DNA of 64,000 nucleotides from positions 23,520,589-23,584,588 of the forward strand of contig NC_069000.1 of the NCBI RefSeq assembly GCF_001194135.2, read 5' to 3'. The position numbers and the translations under genes are program-made. The notes under the pieces were generated by a model. The model ran no database searches, had not been told where the DNA came from, and saw only the letters and a list, made by a program, of their open reading frames with translations. This document shows, in pieces, positions 50,561 through 63,870 of this stretch. Position 1 is the first letter of the stretch; every line of letters starts with the position of its first letter. Origin of the DNA: Octopus bimaculoides (taxonomy: Eukaryota).

Positions 50561-52553
50561 GGAAATGGCTGGGGGAAAAGAAATCGCTTGATCAGGACTG
50601 ACCTGAAATTAAACATTTTCTGTGATTTCTTTTTTCTTTTTTTTTTTTTGTTTCTGGGCGTTTACTGTTTTAGTGGAAGCTGCTTATAGTGTTATCAAAA
50701 TAGAGTTCCCGAATATGCCTAGGATTTTGTAATTTCTCACTTTTATAAGCCAGATAGAATTTTCCTTACTATTCCCTTTATTTTCTCTTGGTCATTTTAG
50801 GATTTGCATTCATCCAAAATAGATGTAACTTTTCAGAGTTGACGTAAAATAGTAAAATAATTTATTGGTGAAAGTGTTAACAAAAAAAAAAAGAAAAAAA
50901 TTATTCTTCAAATCACACTTGTAGGGATTTTTACTGGTTAAGCCATAGGTATGCAATTTGATAAGAGTTTACTGGAGCTAAGTATATACAGGTTTTCTAG
51001 AGTGGTGGTGGCTGTGGTTTAAACATTAAAGCAAGTTAAGAGTTACTACAACGTATAGAACAAGTAATATTTGATGTATTTTGAATCTCGGATCACTGAA
51101 ATGATTAACTTCTATGGTACACAAATACATTAAAAATATCTTGCAGCCCAAATTAATATGAATATTTAATTTTCTTATTGATTTGGATTCAATCATTGAA
51201 TTGCAGTTTTCAATCAATTATGTCGACCTCAGTATCTAGTGTGGTACTCATTCTATCGTGAGCTGTTGATTTGCATCCCGGTTAGAGTTGTCTCCCTTTA
51301 GTTTTTTTTTTTTTTGACTCTTTTGTGTCTCCACTGATAATTCATTCAAAACATCAATACTTAGGTAGGACATTCGTTTTAAATATATACTGTACATTGA
51401 GTTCTTTATTGCATGGCTGGTCTTCCTAATCTCCGGATTAACACAATTTATGAGCATGAACTCATGCACCAGGTTCTGCTTAGTTTCTGTTTGCCAAAGT
51501 TCACTTGAAGGACGTTGGTCAAGCCGGTTATGATTGACACTTGCATGAAGTACTGCAGAGTGGGATCGAACACGGAACCGTGTGGCTGAAAGGCAATATT
51601 TTAAACCCCATGGCCATTCCTGTGCCAAAATTCAGTAAATAATTACAGCAATAAACCTGAATATCTTGGCGAATGTATATAAACACTGAATGTTTATATT
51701 GATAACGTGGCGAGGATGACTGTTGACTTGATTCTGACTGGTCTTTTCAAACTGTCGAATATTTAAGGATAGTAGTAAAATTCTATAGCAGCATTCTTCC
51801 CAACTTGTCCTTTCTAATCATAAAACGGTGAGCAGAAGATAATCTTAGTTGAGCATTGGTCAAGGTTGCTCAGTAACCAATAACGGACTATTTGTTGTGG
51901 TTTATTTCAACTACTTGCAGGGTGCTACGCAGTCAATACGTTCTCATTGGATTAATTTTTAACTTTACCAAGAGGCCTAAATAATATTTTGATTTTTCTG
52001 GACTGTCAATCTTACCTTTAGAATGTGAAGATGTGAAGATATTGTTTAGGAAACTCGACTCTTACAGTGAAACTTGTTCATAACACTGCACTGCAAGAAC
52101 GTTAACTGCCAAAGAAATTGTATTATTCATAGCTTGTGGGTTTTCTTGACTCAGAAGTGTGAAAAATATGAGTGGGAATGATGTGGATCTGTACATTTTG
52201 AAAGTATAATATTGTAAGAACACAGGTGGTGTGGTGGAGGACTATATAAAGATTAGCACAAGAGTTCATTGTCTGAAATGATTTTGTGAAAGTTGTGATG
52301 AGAATATGTAAAATCAAGTAAATTGATGTCAGAAGTGGTGTATCTGTCAGAGTAGAATTTAAGAAGGCAGAAATCATATACATTATGACAATGGGAAGAA
52401 TGCCTTATTATCAAATTATGTGTGAACTTTCTATATGATGTTTATCTGTGCTTGTTATATAATTGAAATAAATAATGTAAGGACCGAGCTGAAAAATTAG
52501 TAATTAGTTTTGTTCCTATTTTATTTGTTTTTCCTTTTTTTTTTTTCTTCTAG

Positions 52554-53743
52554 GTGAGAGGCCGTATGGCTGCAAGTACTGTGCCAAATCCTTTTCTCAT
52601 TCCTCCAACTTGACCTCACACATCAGGTCACACACTGGAGACAAACCTTTTTCCTGCCACATCTGTAAGAAAAAGTTTACATTTGCGTCTCAACTCGGCC
52701 AGCACTTTCGCAGTCACAGTGACAACCGACCTTATACCTGCGAGACATGTCACAAGGCTTTTGCTGATCAAGGAGTACTTGCCAAACATCGGAAGAAACA
52801 TGCCAACACAAGTGTTATAACCCCCTCTACAACCACAGTTAACATTTCTGATGGTACCATCACTACTACAGATGCTACCCAGCTGCAACTTCTGTGCATA
52901 TGTGAGTTCTGTAAGAAGACATTTGTTGATGCTGCTTCGCTGTTGGTACACAAAAGCCAGAAACACAGCAATGTTGAGAAAGCTTACCAATGCCAGTATT
53001 GCACAGAAACTTTCAACAATGCCAACAGCCTCAATTGGCACTTGCGTAACCATACTACACTTGTCACCACTACTAACAGTACACCTACCCTTGTAACAGC
53101 TGGTGACAGCAATAAAGTAGCAGTCGCAGTTGCAGCAGCAGCAGCTGCAGCTGCAGGTGGTGCAAACAGTTCTGGCAATCCTGTAGCTGCCATAGCTGCC
53201 TTCAGCTGTGAGTATTGCCGTAAGACATTCACTCGCTCAGACAGTCTTACTGTTCACATTCGAACTCATAGCACAGGAAATGGAGCTGAAATACCAACGA
53301 TTAGCTGTGACGTGTGCAATAAAACACTGCTAAACCAAAGCAACAACGCCAGACCAACCTCAACAACTACAATCCTTAATTGTCAAAGCCAGGCAGTTCC
53401 AGATGTGAAACCTATCATCAGAGTTGTGGATCAAGAAGAAAAGCCCTCAATTGAGTATATGCCAGCTATCGAAAGGAAAGTGGAGATTGTTGAACAAGCC
53501 AATAGCTATGATGGCCACAGCCAAGATGGTATGTCCATGGAGCAAAACATAAATGCTTACGCAGCTGCCATTGAGCAACAACACCAACAACAGCAAGTGA
53601 CCCAAGTGGTCACCTTTGAAAATAGCAATGCCATTTTTACTCATACTGATTTACAGGTCCATTTCCCTCAAAATCATGCGACAACACAAACCTCATCAGA
53701 CCAAACAGTCATATCTCAGGAAGACATTTGCTTCAAGGCATGA
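52554..53743 (+). CDS. C2H2 zinc-finger protein, coding exon 2 (fingers 4-9, degenerate CxxC, polyAla, Q-rich tail, stop)
   Basis: A long polypyrimidine tract plus TAG (52551-53) is followed by GT GAG AGG CCG TAT GGC TGC. This completes G|ERPYGCKYC..HIRSH in frame with exon 1 and with the supplied ORF 52610..53743. Stop TGA at 53741-43. Confidence 0.95.
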
Positions 53744-56700
53744 GTTCTGATTCAAAAATACTTCCCCTCTCACTACTGCCCATTTTTTAAAAAGCACACA
53801 CACACACACATACATACATACACACACACACATACACACGCACGCACACACACACACACACACAGCACACCTCCCTGCCATTTCATATGTTTGTGGAATG
53901 AATTTGATACAATATAGAAGGATAAATTGATCACCAGCGGGACCTACCGTAAAATGTTTTCTGAAAAATTCTTTCTTATTGCTCTAACATCACTTTACCA
54001 TCTTGGGGGTCTATGTCTGAGTCTGACTTGTTGTAATTTGTATTGACTCTCTTTCTTCATGCTGTTGTGTCTGACCACCACTAACTTGTTATTGTTGGGG
54101 ATGTAACTATTAAACCTATCAATTTTGTCTTCAGACAGAGGCCAACATCTACCATTCTTCAGGATGTGGCCATTTCTTTCTTTCCCCATCCCCATTTTCT
54201 TTTCAGTAAGTATCGACAGACACCGCTTGCTGATGTTATTCAAGAGCAGAATGTCAGTTAACGGAAGAGAGTAGGACATCTAAATACCTCTTTGTATTTA
54301 GGCTTTTTTAAAATTTTGTTTCTCATTCTACATTCTGAATACAAGCCCTCTGCCAGTGTCAAATAAGCCCTTCATTTTCTTAGTGAGGTCAATACAATTC
54401 CAAAACAATTTAGTAGTACTACCAGTGTTGGTTCAAATGACTGTGCCCCCCTCTTCTCAACATTGGCTTGGTTGTGTCTCATAAATATTAAAAAATCAGT
54501 CAAGGATAGAATGAAGTAGTAAATGGATTGTGTGGGGTAGAGTTGTTTAGAGTATTGTGGAAATAGGATTGGTAGGGGTGGGTGTTGGGAGGCTATATTG
54601 CCAGTAGTAATCTCCAGACAAATGCATGTGTGCATGTGCATCTGGGAAGTGGAGGGGGTCAACATTCTCTCTTTGTTTTGTCCTTATATAATTTACCGAT
54701 CACCACTACCTGTAAAATGATCAAGTATTTTTGAATTTCTGAGAGATGGTGAAAGAAATGTACAATAGAGCCAGCTGTGGTATTTAGTTTTGTCTCTACA
54801 TTCTGAGTTCAAATCTCATTGGAGTTAACTTTTTCATCTTTTTGCAGGGATCAATAAACAAGAACCTAGTTCAAAGTCTAAATATTGATAAAGTCAACTT
54901 CGCCTTTCATTCTCATGGAATTGAAAAAAATAAGTCCAATGTGTAGTATTGTGTCAATGTAGGGAAATCCATTTTTATTCTTATTACTATAAATACCAAG
55001 GACAAACAGAGTCAGCATAAGCCATGGAAATTGTTTATTGGATACTTTGAAGAATGTAAATTTCAGTGCTTCATTGTTCAGAGGTGCAGTCAACCTGTTC
55101 TTAGCTGTGTGTGTGTGTGTGTGTTTATATATATATATATATATATATATAGATATATACATATACATACATGTGTGTGTGTGTGTATGTGTATTTATAT
55201 ATGCACACTGGTTAATTCTAGTTGCAAAAATTCCTTTTGCACCTCATCAAAAGGAATTATAATTATTGGCAAATGTCTTTGTTGTAACCAGTTCATTTCA
55301 TTTTATCTCTAATATTTTAGGAAAGGCATGCACATCACATTTCCTTATTTCTCTACTCTTGTAAATCTGAGATTTTGTACTTATGCAAAATATGTAGAAA
55401 TCTTTATTTCTAAAGAGCGGAATAGTTAAAGGAACAGAACTTCAGGCAAGACCTTAATGATACCTATTTTGATAGCACATTCTTGAGTTCAAATCCCACT
55501 GTCATTGATTTTTTTTTAATACTAGTAAAGTTCTAATAACATACTGTTAGTGAATTTAACTTACCCTTAACCTGATGCAATGTTAAGTCCTTAGCAATCT
55601 TAGTTTTGACTTTGTTTTAATTGTCATTCAAGACTACTTTACTTAGTGCAAAATATAGAAAAAAAAAATTTGAAAGATAAATTCTAAAAACATTTGGTTT
55701 TCATGCCTACATTACACATTACAAATCATCATCACTGTCATCAGTTTCGTTGTTGTTATTATTATTGCAAATACAGTTAGAGTAGATGTTAAAATCTAGT
55801 GAAGTTAATATGGGATTTGTTTCTTAGTCATTGCTATTTCATTTCACTTAAATTTGTAATGCTTTAAAAAATTGAACATCATACACTCTCAATTCACCTA
55901 CTCCATAAATCTGATGCTTTGGATTCAGGTAAGGCTGCCATTATTTATAATAATATTAAGTACTGTGAACTGGTTACACATTTTTTTTTTTGCCTGATTA
56001 AAAAAACTACTATTAAGTTGTTATGAATGGTGCAGTATGGCTAGAAGTGGTAGAGTACTTTTCACTTTTAAGTTCTGTTCTTTTATATTTGGGGTTCAAA
56101 TCCAGCTGGAGCTTAATAAAAATAGATTCAACCTTGACCTGGAGTTGATTCAGTTGTCCACTCCCCTCCTCTATTTGTTTGTGGCCTAGTTACCAGTCTA
56201 AGAAATCCTCATTATTATTTAAAGGAACTTGGTTGGGGTAATTAGTAGATAGAACAAACTAAATACTATTTGGTATTTACTTTCATTGTTGTAGGTTCCA
56301 ATATCAAATTCTGCCTGTATTGACTCTTACATTTCATCTCCCCATAAACAGAAAGGTTTATTAGTACCAATGATAAATAGATTTGGATAAATTCAATTAA
56401 CTTTTCGCTCAGCACCCTATCCCCATCTCTTCTGCAAAATAGGTCTTGTACCTTGTCAAAAGAAATCATCTTTGTTTTTGTTTAATAAATATACCAATTA
56501 ATCTTACAGCCATATTCACACATCACTGATTCACATGGAATTTTAATCTCCAACCAATCTTCCACATTATGTCAAGAATCCCTTCCTCTCTTGGTGGATG
56601 GAGGACATCTTCAGTTGTTCTGTTTATTTAAAACAATTTGCAAGAAGATTCCAGACAAGTTCCAATCAGTAACTGCCTAAGTAATAACTCTTTAGACTCT

Positions 56701-59700
56701 GCTGAACTGGTGCTGCTGCCACCACTACCATGACCACGAACAGCAACAATACTACTGCAACCACCACCACCACACCACCACACCACTAACGACAACAACA
56801 CTTGAGCCATTATCTATTTGAATGAAATTTAAATAAACTGTTTGTTCATACTAATTTTGGTTCTTCATTTGCAGTATTAACTTTCAGATTCCAAATGTGT
56901 GTGTGAATATATATGACTGGATGTAGCCCTTCTAGAATGACCACAGTACTTCATGATTACATTTTACTCTAGTTTCTGTGATGCTAAGTGGAATGAAAGA
57001 CCTTATCCTTGGAAGGGATGCTTGTCTATCCATCACAAGTAACCAGAAAAATTGGTCAATTGAAGGAAAGTTAAAACTCTATTTGAAAATATACTGTATT
57101 CATATACAATTAAGTGTATGTATTACATGTGCCAAATGGTTAAAACATTTGTTTTGCAATCATGTGAATCCAGATTCTGTTTCACTACATGAATCCTTGG
57201 ATAAGCTTTGTAAATGAAAATGAACAGATGGAAACTAATACTCTTAGGTGGTTCTTGCTACAATTTAAAGGAGGTAGCCTTGTTACACTGTATCATGCTG
57301 ATTCAACCTGAGAATTATATTAAAGCTACAAGTGTAAGTGGAATACTTAGCCACTTACATTATAGAATTCTATATTTATGTAGTTCCTTTGATCAAACAA
57401 TACCTCTTTAGAATATCTGGTATTTCCTATCTTTCCACCCCTCTTCAGTATTAAGTCAAACTAAAGAAGTATTTCATATCAAAACCTAAGAAGCTGAAAC
57501 TACTAAACAGCATTTAGTATGGTATTCTATCTACTAACTACCCTGACCATCTTTAAATAATGATTTCTGATTTAGACATAAGGTCAGCAATTTTTAGGTG
57601 TAGAGGGTTAGTTGCTTTAACACTGACCCCAGTACTTGACTAGTACTTTGTCTCATCTTTTCAGGGTCAATAAAATACAGTTGAACTCTGCAGGATTTGG
57701 ACTCAGAACAAATATCACAAGGCGTTTTTTTTTCTGATATTGACAATTCTGCCAAAGCACTGCCCTTAATTGTTTCTAACATAGATGTGAGAGATTACAT
57801 ATAAGCACAATCAATTAAATCACTCCAATGTCTGTTCCGGATGTGATATAATGATTTTACAGCAGGTCGGAACCACTCTTCTGTGCTTTCCAAGTGAAAG
57901 AATTGTAACCTCTCAAATTATTAGTATTTCAGCAAATATAGTGACAGTAACTATGAGGGAGGTTTCTAGCTGTTGCTTATTTGATTTCACCTACCGTTTA
58001 AATCATTGTCCTTGCATCTGTCATTAGAACAAGGCCAGGTATTTGGGGAGGATGACTGTGACTAAATTGATTCAGTATTTGACTGGTACTTATATTTAAC
58101 CCAAAAGGATGAAAGGTAAAGTTGATTTGATAGGATTTGAACTTGCTTCTTTCAACTGCCTCTTTGTAACAATGCTAGAAGGTAGATGATGTGGTTTGGT
58201 TACAAGTTCTCTCACTAATATAAAATAATTAATAGCAGGTTGGTGTATCGCTAAAAAATGGCAGAGCTTTTTATTTCTACATACCTACTTCAATACTGGA
58301 ACTTCCCAATTAGTAGTATCAAGAGCTGATTATTCTACACATAAAAATGTGATTGTAAAGTCAATATACTGGATCGCTGTGCACATGGTTAAAAGTATAA
58401 ATCTTTAATACTGTGACCATTGTGTGATTGTCTTTCCTTGCAAGACAATTTGTCTGAATAACATAAAACTAGTACACTCCCTATTTCACAGAACAGTGTT
58501 CAGCATTAGGAAGAACAACCTGTTATAGCAGTAATTATTGCAATGAGAATGACCATCCATGCAAGCATGGAAATATGGCTGTACATAGAAAGACATGTAG
58601 GTGTTAGTTTGCATATATACATCTTGTTTTAATGTTCAGTTTTCCATGCTTTCACGTTAGATGGAGTGTAAGGCAGATTTTTCTCTTGTGACCAACATTT
58701 ACTTGTTTCCAATGGGGTAATATTTCCTCATGGCCAGAAATGTTTTTGCAGAATATTGGAAATGAATGAAACTGCTTGTATGACAGTCATTTACAACTAT
58801 CATACAATGTCAAGGAGACCCATATAGTCAAATTGAATATACTGTGACAAAATAAGGAGGCATACAATTTGAAAGCTTGTTTTTGATGTTCTCTCATTGA
58901 TTCATAGTCAGTCTGAGCAGTAAGGGATGTGGTTAACTAGGAAGGAGTGAAAAATGTAGAAGAATATTGCAACAAAAGATAAGTGGATATTTTTTTCTCA
59001 TTTCAGATATTGGATTGTGGCCATGCTGGGGCATTGCTTTCAAGGCAATTGAACAAATTGACCCCAGTACTTTTTAAGCCTCTTTTGCCAAACTGCTAAG
59101 TTACAGGGTTGTGAAGCGGGGTCAGGGGTGGTGAAACAAAAACATATGGCAGGCTTTTTCAATTTACATCTACCAAATTTACTTACAAGGTTTTGGTCAG
59201 TCTGGGGTTGTAATGGAAGACACTCACCCAAGGTGCCACACGGTGGAACTAAACCAAGAAATATGTAGTTTGGGAGCAAGTTTCTTGTCACACAGACATG
59301 CCTGCTTGTTTGTCAAAGTTACAAGAACAGCAAAATCTGATGATTTATGATTGGAAGACTGTCAGGATATACAGATAATTGTGCCTCTATGCAGTCACTT
59401 GACCTACTAGAGATAGCAGCCAAATCTCCCTCAACCCTCATTTTAAAAAAGGACATTTTGATGATTACAGCAAATGCTTTGATCTGGATCTAAGAAACAT
59501 CCAGGATGTAATTAAAGGGAAAATGTCAAGTTTTAACATACTTGGTGAAAGAGCCTCAACCCCTAAATAGCAGGTCACACTCTCTTTTGGAAGGTATCAT
59601 ATTATCATTAGACTATACAAAGTGCCTTTTTGAATGACAAACATGAATGTCTACAAAGAGGAAGAAGATATATTGAGGGGGAATTACAGAGAGTCTAGAA

Positions 59701-62700
59701 CTAATAGAGGAGTAATAAAGATAGTAATCATTACATAAATATCTTCAGAATAAAACATTTAGGCTTATGACAAGATGCAGGACCACCAGAGGCTGAAGCC
59801 AATATGCAAACAAATCACCATTTTTAGATTCACTTTTCTGCATGCTGGCATAGGTTTGATGAGACTTGTTAAGGAAGTATTCTATGGCTAGATACCCTTT
59901 TTGTTGCCTAGATGATATCTGACCTAAATAAAGGGAAAATGATTCTCAATGTATGTAGAAAATGGGTATGCACCAGACCAAATACTATTTAGTAGAGAGT
60001 GCCACTCCCTACACGCAAAAATATATTAAAAATACAATAGTAATGAAGAACAGTTATTAGCTTGTGATTGAATTTGGTAGGCGGAAGTTACTGCCGCATG
60101 TGTATATGTCTGTGCTTCTCCGAGGGAGAGGGATACCAGTAATAAGGTAAATAACATATTCTTTGGAGGAGGCAGAAACTGGGGAGTGAATGTGATTTAG
60201 AATTCTGGACAAGTATTATTAGACCTAAGCAAAGTATAATCTTATTTGCACCAACCAGATCTTAGAATGCCTTACAGAATATATGGAAATTTGAATGCAA
60301 AACATTTTACTGATTTGGCTATTTAAAATAATCCTTTCTATTATAGGCACAAAGATTGAAATTTTGAGGGAGGGGCTACTCACATTGACCCCCAGTACTC
60401 CAAAAGGATGAAAGGCAAAGTCAACCTCAGTGGAATTAGAATTCAGAATATAAAGACAGATGAAAAGCCACATTAGAAAATCTGCCAACTCACTGCCTTT
60501 AGCTATTTAATGACTTGAAAACATTCTCCAAGAATGTCTTATTCATGTAAAGCAAAAATAAGAGTTGACAGAGTGTAAACTATGAATACACAAATTGTCA
60601 TATATTACAACTTTCTAAAGTAAACAATATGGATAACATTAAACTGAATAATATGGAGTGCCCAAATGAGTCTTAACAATAATAGAAATATTTTGTTACT
60701 TAACTACTAAAATTAGTATTAAGGTGGAAGAGGTTTTTGAGGAGAGCTCCCACTGCTGGAAAGAAGTTTCTTTCTGTGCATGTAGTAAGGATATGATCAT
60801 ATTCAATAGAAAATAGTTTTAAAACAGGAATGGACTAAATATCAAGTTGGATGCACAATATTATCTCTTTTCAACTAGAAAACTATAGAGCACCATGTTT
60901 ACTGACTGGTATCGAAAAACAACTAAAATGGTATGGATGATACACATACTAATGATAGGAAGATTCAGGAGATAGTAATTATAGACAGAAGCAAGGTTGT
61001 GTGGTAGCAAGGTTCTCAGGTTCAGTTCCACTGCATAAACATGGGGCAAGAAGCTACAACTATAGCCTTGAATACATCAAAGTCTTGTGAGTGGATTTAG
61101 TAAGTGGAAACTAAGAAACCTGTTCTATATATGTATGTGCATGCATGTGTCTAACATATTCACTTCTCCAAATATCATGAGCTATAAGTAGTGATATTGC
61201 CAATTCCTTTTGTGAACAAATCCACTGGCTCTGTGCCTTAGCTGGTAAGGGTTAGTGACAGAAAGGGTATCTGGTTGTAAACCAGCGCCTTGGTAATATA
61301 TATTTATCTAATCCCTGCAAGCATTGAAAAACAGATATAAACAGGAATAAATAATTGAAACATTGGATATCACAAATGAGATAATTGTATGTTCAAGGAT
61401 AGAATAAATAAATGCTAAACCAATGATTTAAATATAGGTGATCAGAAATATAAATTCTTTTGTTGTTTTCTGTCATCTAACTGAAGCCATATTGGACCAT
61501 CACTTTCAAAGGTTTTTAATCAATTATTGCAAACCCAAGTACTGATTTTATCTACTTCTATTTGTCAAACTGCTGTGTTACAGGAAATATACAGAAACAT
61601 TATCAGTTACAAATAAAATGGATTGTCTACCAAATTCCACTCTCAAGTTAGTTAATCTGAGATTAAAGAGTGAAAATACTTGTCCAAGGTGCTATATAAT
61701 GAGATGAAGCCCAGAACCATATGGCTGTGAAGTAAACTCTTAACCACACAACCATGTCAGTTCTTATATTTGTAGGTTTGGACTGGAAGAAGGAGCTGTA
61801 CCCATGGACTGAGCAGGCCCACTGAGATTAACGTGGTTAATATTTCTTTTGAATAGTTGAAGGTGATGGCTGCAGGTATAATATGAAGTGCTTAGTGTGG
61901 GGTCTGGCAGATACAGTAGATAGCAAGACAAGGAGAGACAAGTCATTCAAGAGTGCTCAAGTGAAGTGCATTACGAAACAAGAAACACATATTTGCTGTT
62001 TGCAGAATGGCTTAATATTTATTATAATTTTACAGATGATGAATGGTAATTGTTACTACAAGTCTTCCATAAAAACTAACTGTAGAGCAGTGAAACTGGC
62101 ACGTTAGGCAGAGTACCTTATGTTGTCTAGTTTGGTACTCTTCATTTATGATTTGCAGTTCCACCAAGTGTCTTATTTTTTTGTCCTTCTTGAATCAATA
62201 AATGAATGTACAAAATGATACTGTATTCCAAAATAATGCTATACAAACTGATTTTGTTTCAGAAAATGGGTCCATAAAAATCTAGACTAATCATTGCTAT
62301 TGCACAGTTCTTATTACCTGAAGACTTATTTACATAAGAAATTAAAAAATATTTGTATGATACATGGTAGCTTTATCATGGATTGACAGAGAAAAACAAA
62401 TTTAATGTATTAACATGTTGTTATGTATTTCTACAATAAATGCTTCTTATACAAAAACTGAAGTAGTTCAATGAAAATAGAGAACTTTTTTTTTTAACAT
62501 CTCAACTTGATTGAGACATTAATTTATGACAGAAAATAAAATTTTCAAACCATCCAGATTATGTTCATATGAAAGTTAAAATCAATAAAAATTGTAATTA
62601 AAGTAGTGACTTACTATTTTTTCATTAACTTTTCTATTTCTAAATTATCAGGTAATCTTTCTGCCAACTTAAAGAAAAAGTTTTACAAAAATAAATTTCT

Positions 62701-63698
62701 CTTTTTACATGGGCAAAATGCTCCATAGTGTTTGAAGTCCAGTATCTTACATTTGGTGCCATAACACCTGGAAAATAATGGGGTTTTTTAATGCCAACAC
62801 TAAGATCATAAGATATTGTTGCTCCTTTATAAAAGGAACACCAGAAGTAGTACACTGAATTAAAAAAATCAAGGTAGCTAGGTCAGAGATTTGACAATAT
62901 AATGTTAAATCAATTTTCCCAGTTGAATATTTATAGAAATCACTGGAGACAAAGTAAATTTTTTATGATACCAATTTCTTACATACCCAAAGAATTTTAG
63001 AGAAACGGAAATGTAGTTTGTGTTTACTTAGCAATATCTTTAGTAATTGTGGCTCACAACACTTCCTCACAAAAAAACAATTATTCTATGGTTTCTTGTC
63101 TATGTTTTCTCTTTATTGAAGATAATATTATGATGTCACACAAGTTCTTCCATTTATTCCATAAATGAGTCTTCTCTGATGTGCCTCAGATATATCCCTT
63201 GTATTCATAGTTCTTGGAGTATATCTTGTAAATGGACTCAAATACATGCTTCATGCTTTGTGGAAGAATGGCATTTAGACTATTAAGCATATGGTTGTTG
63301 CAAGACATGAGTAAACAATAAAGGCTGGAGTTTAAGATGTTCTGCAAAAAAAAGGTAAAAAAGAGAAACAGAAAATTGCTTAAGTAAGAAGAATTTTGTT
63401 TCAATCATAGAAATTAGTCATATGAAAGTTATTAACTTTCAAACAAGAGATTTTTTTTTCTTTTTCATTTATACAAGAATTGGTTGGTTAGTTTTGCAAA
63501 AATTGTAAATATGTAGAAATTGTTAAGAATCAAAATTTTTTCACTTGGTCACTTATTTGCAATTAAAGAATAAAGTGGGACTTGAAATATTTTTCTGTTT
63601 CATAGAATGAGTTGAGATATTGTAAACTTAAGATTTTTACAGCTGTGACAGAGAACAGTGAAATGTAGCCCTATCTTAAACACCAATAGCATTGTTTA

Positions 63699-63870
63699 AC
63701 AGTTACTACCAGCAGTATAACAGCTACTGCCACCATTAGCACTCAGTAATAGCCTCAGTGAGAGCTATTGCCAGCAGTATTCAATAGTACTTACTACTAT
63801 CAGTACTCAATAATCACTTCTACTAGCAGTACTCAGTAATAGCTACTGTCAGCAGCATTTGTTAACAGCT
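63699..63870. repeat. Degenerate ~26-bp minisatellite (cagtaatagctactgccagcagtact-like)
   Basis: About 6-7 diverged units visible. Confidence 0.7.

Larger units (their letters stand above)
39045..52553 (+). other. 13,509-bp GT-AG intron of the zinc-finger gene
   Basis: Canonical donor and acceptor; the splice reconstitutes the TGERPY linker exactly. Small intervening exons cannot be excluded. Confidence 0.85.

Noticed and set aside
56628-56810. Low-complexity ACC/GCT-rich segment as an extra ZNF exon or second gene
   Set aside because: No finger motif or splice context; it is a simple trinucleotide-like tract.
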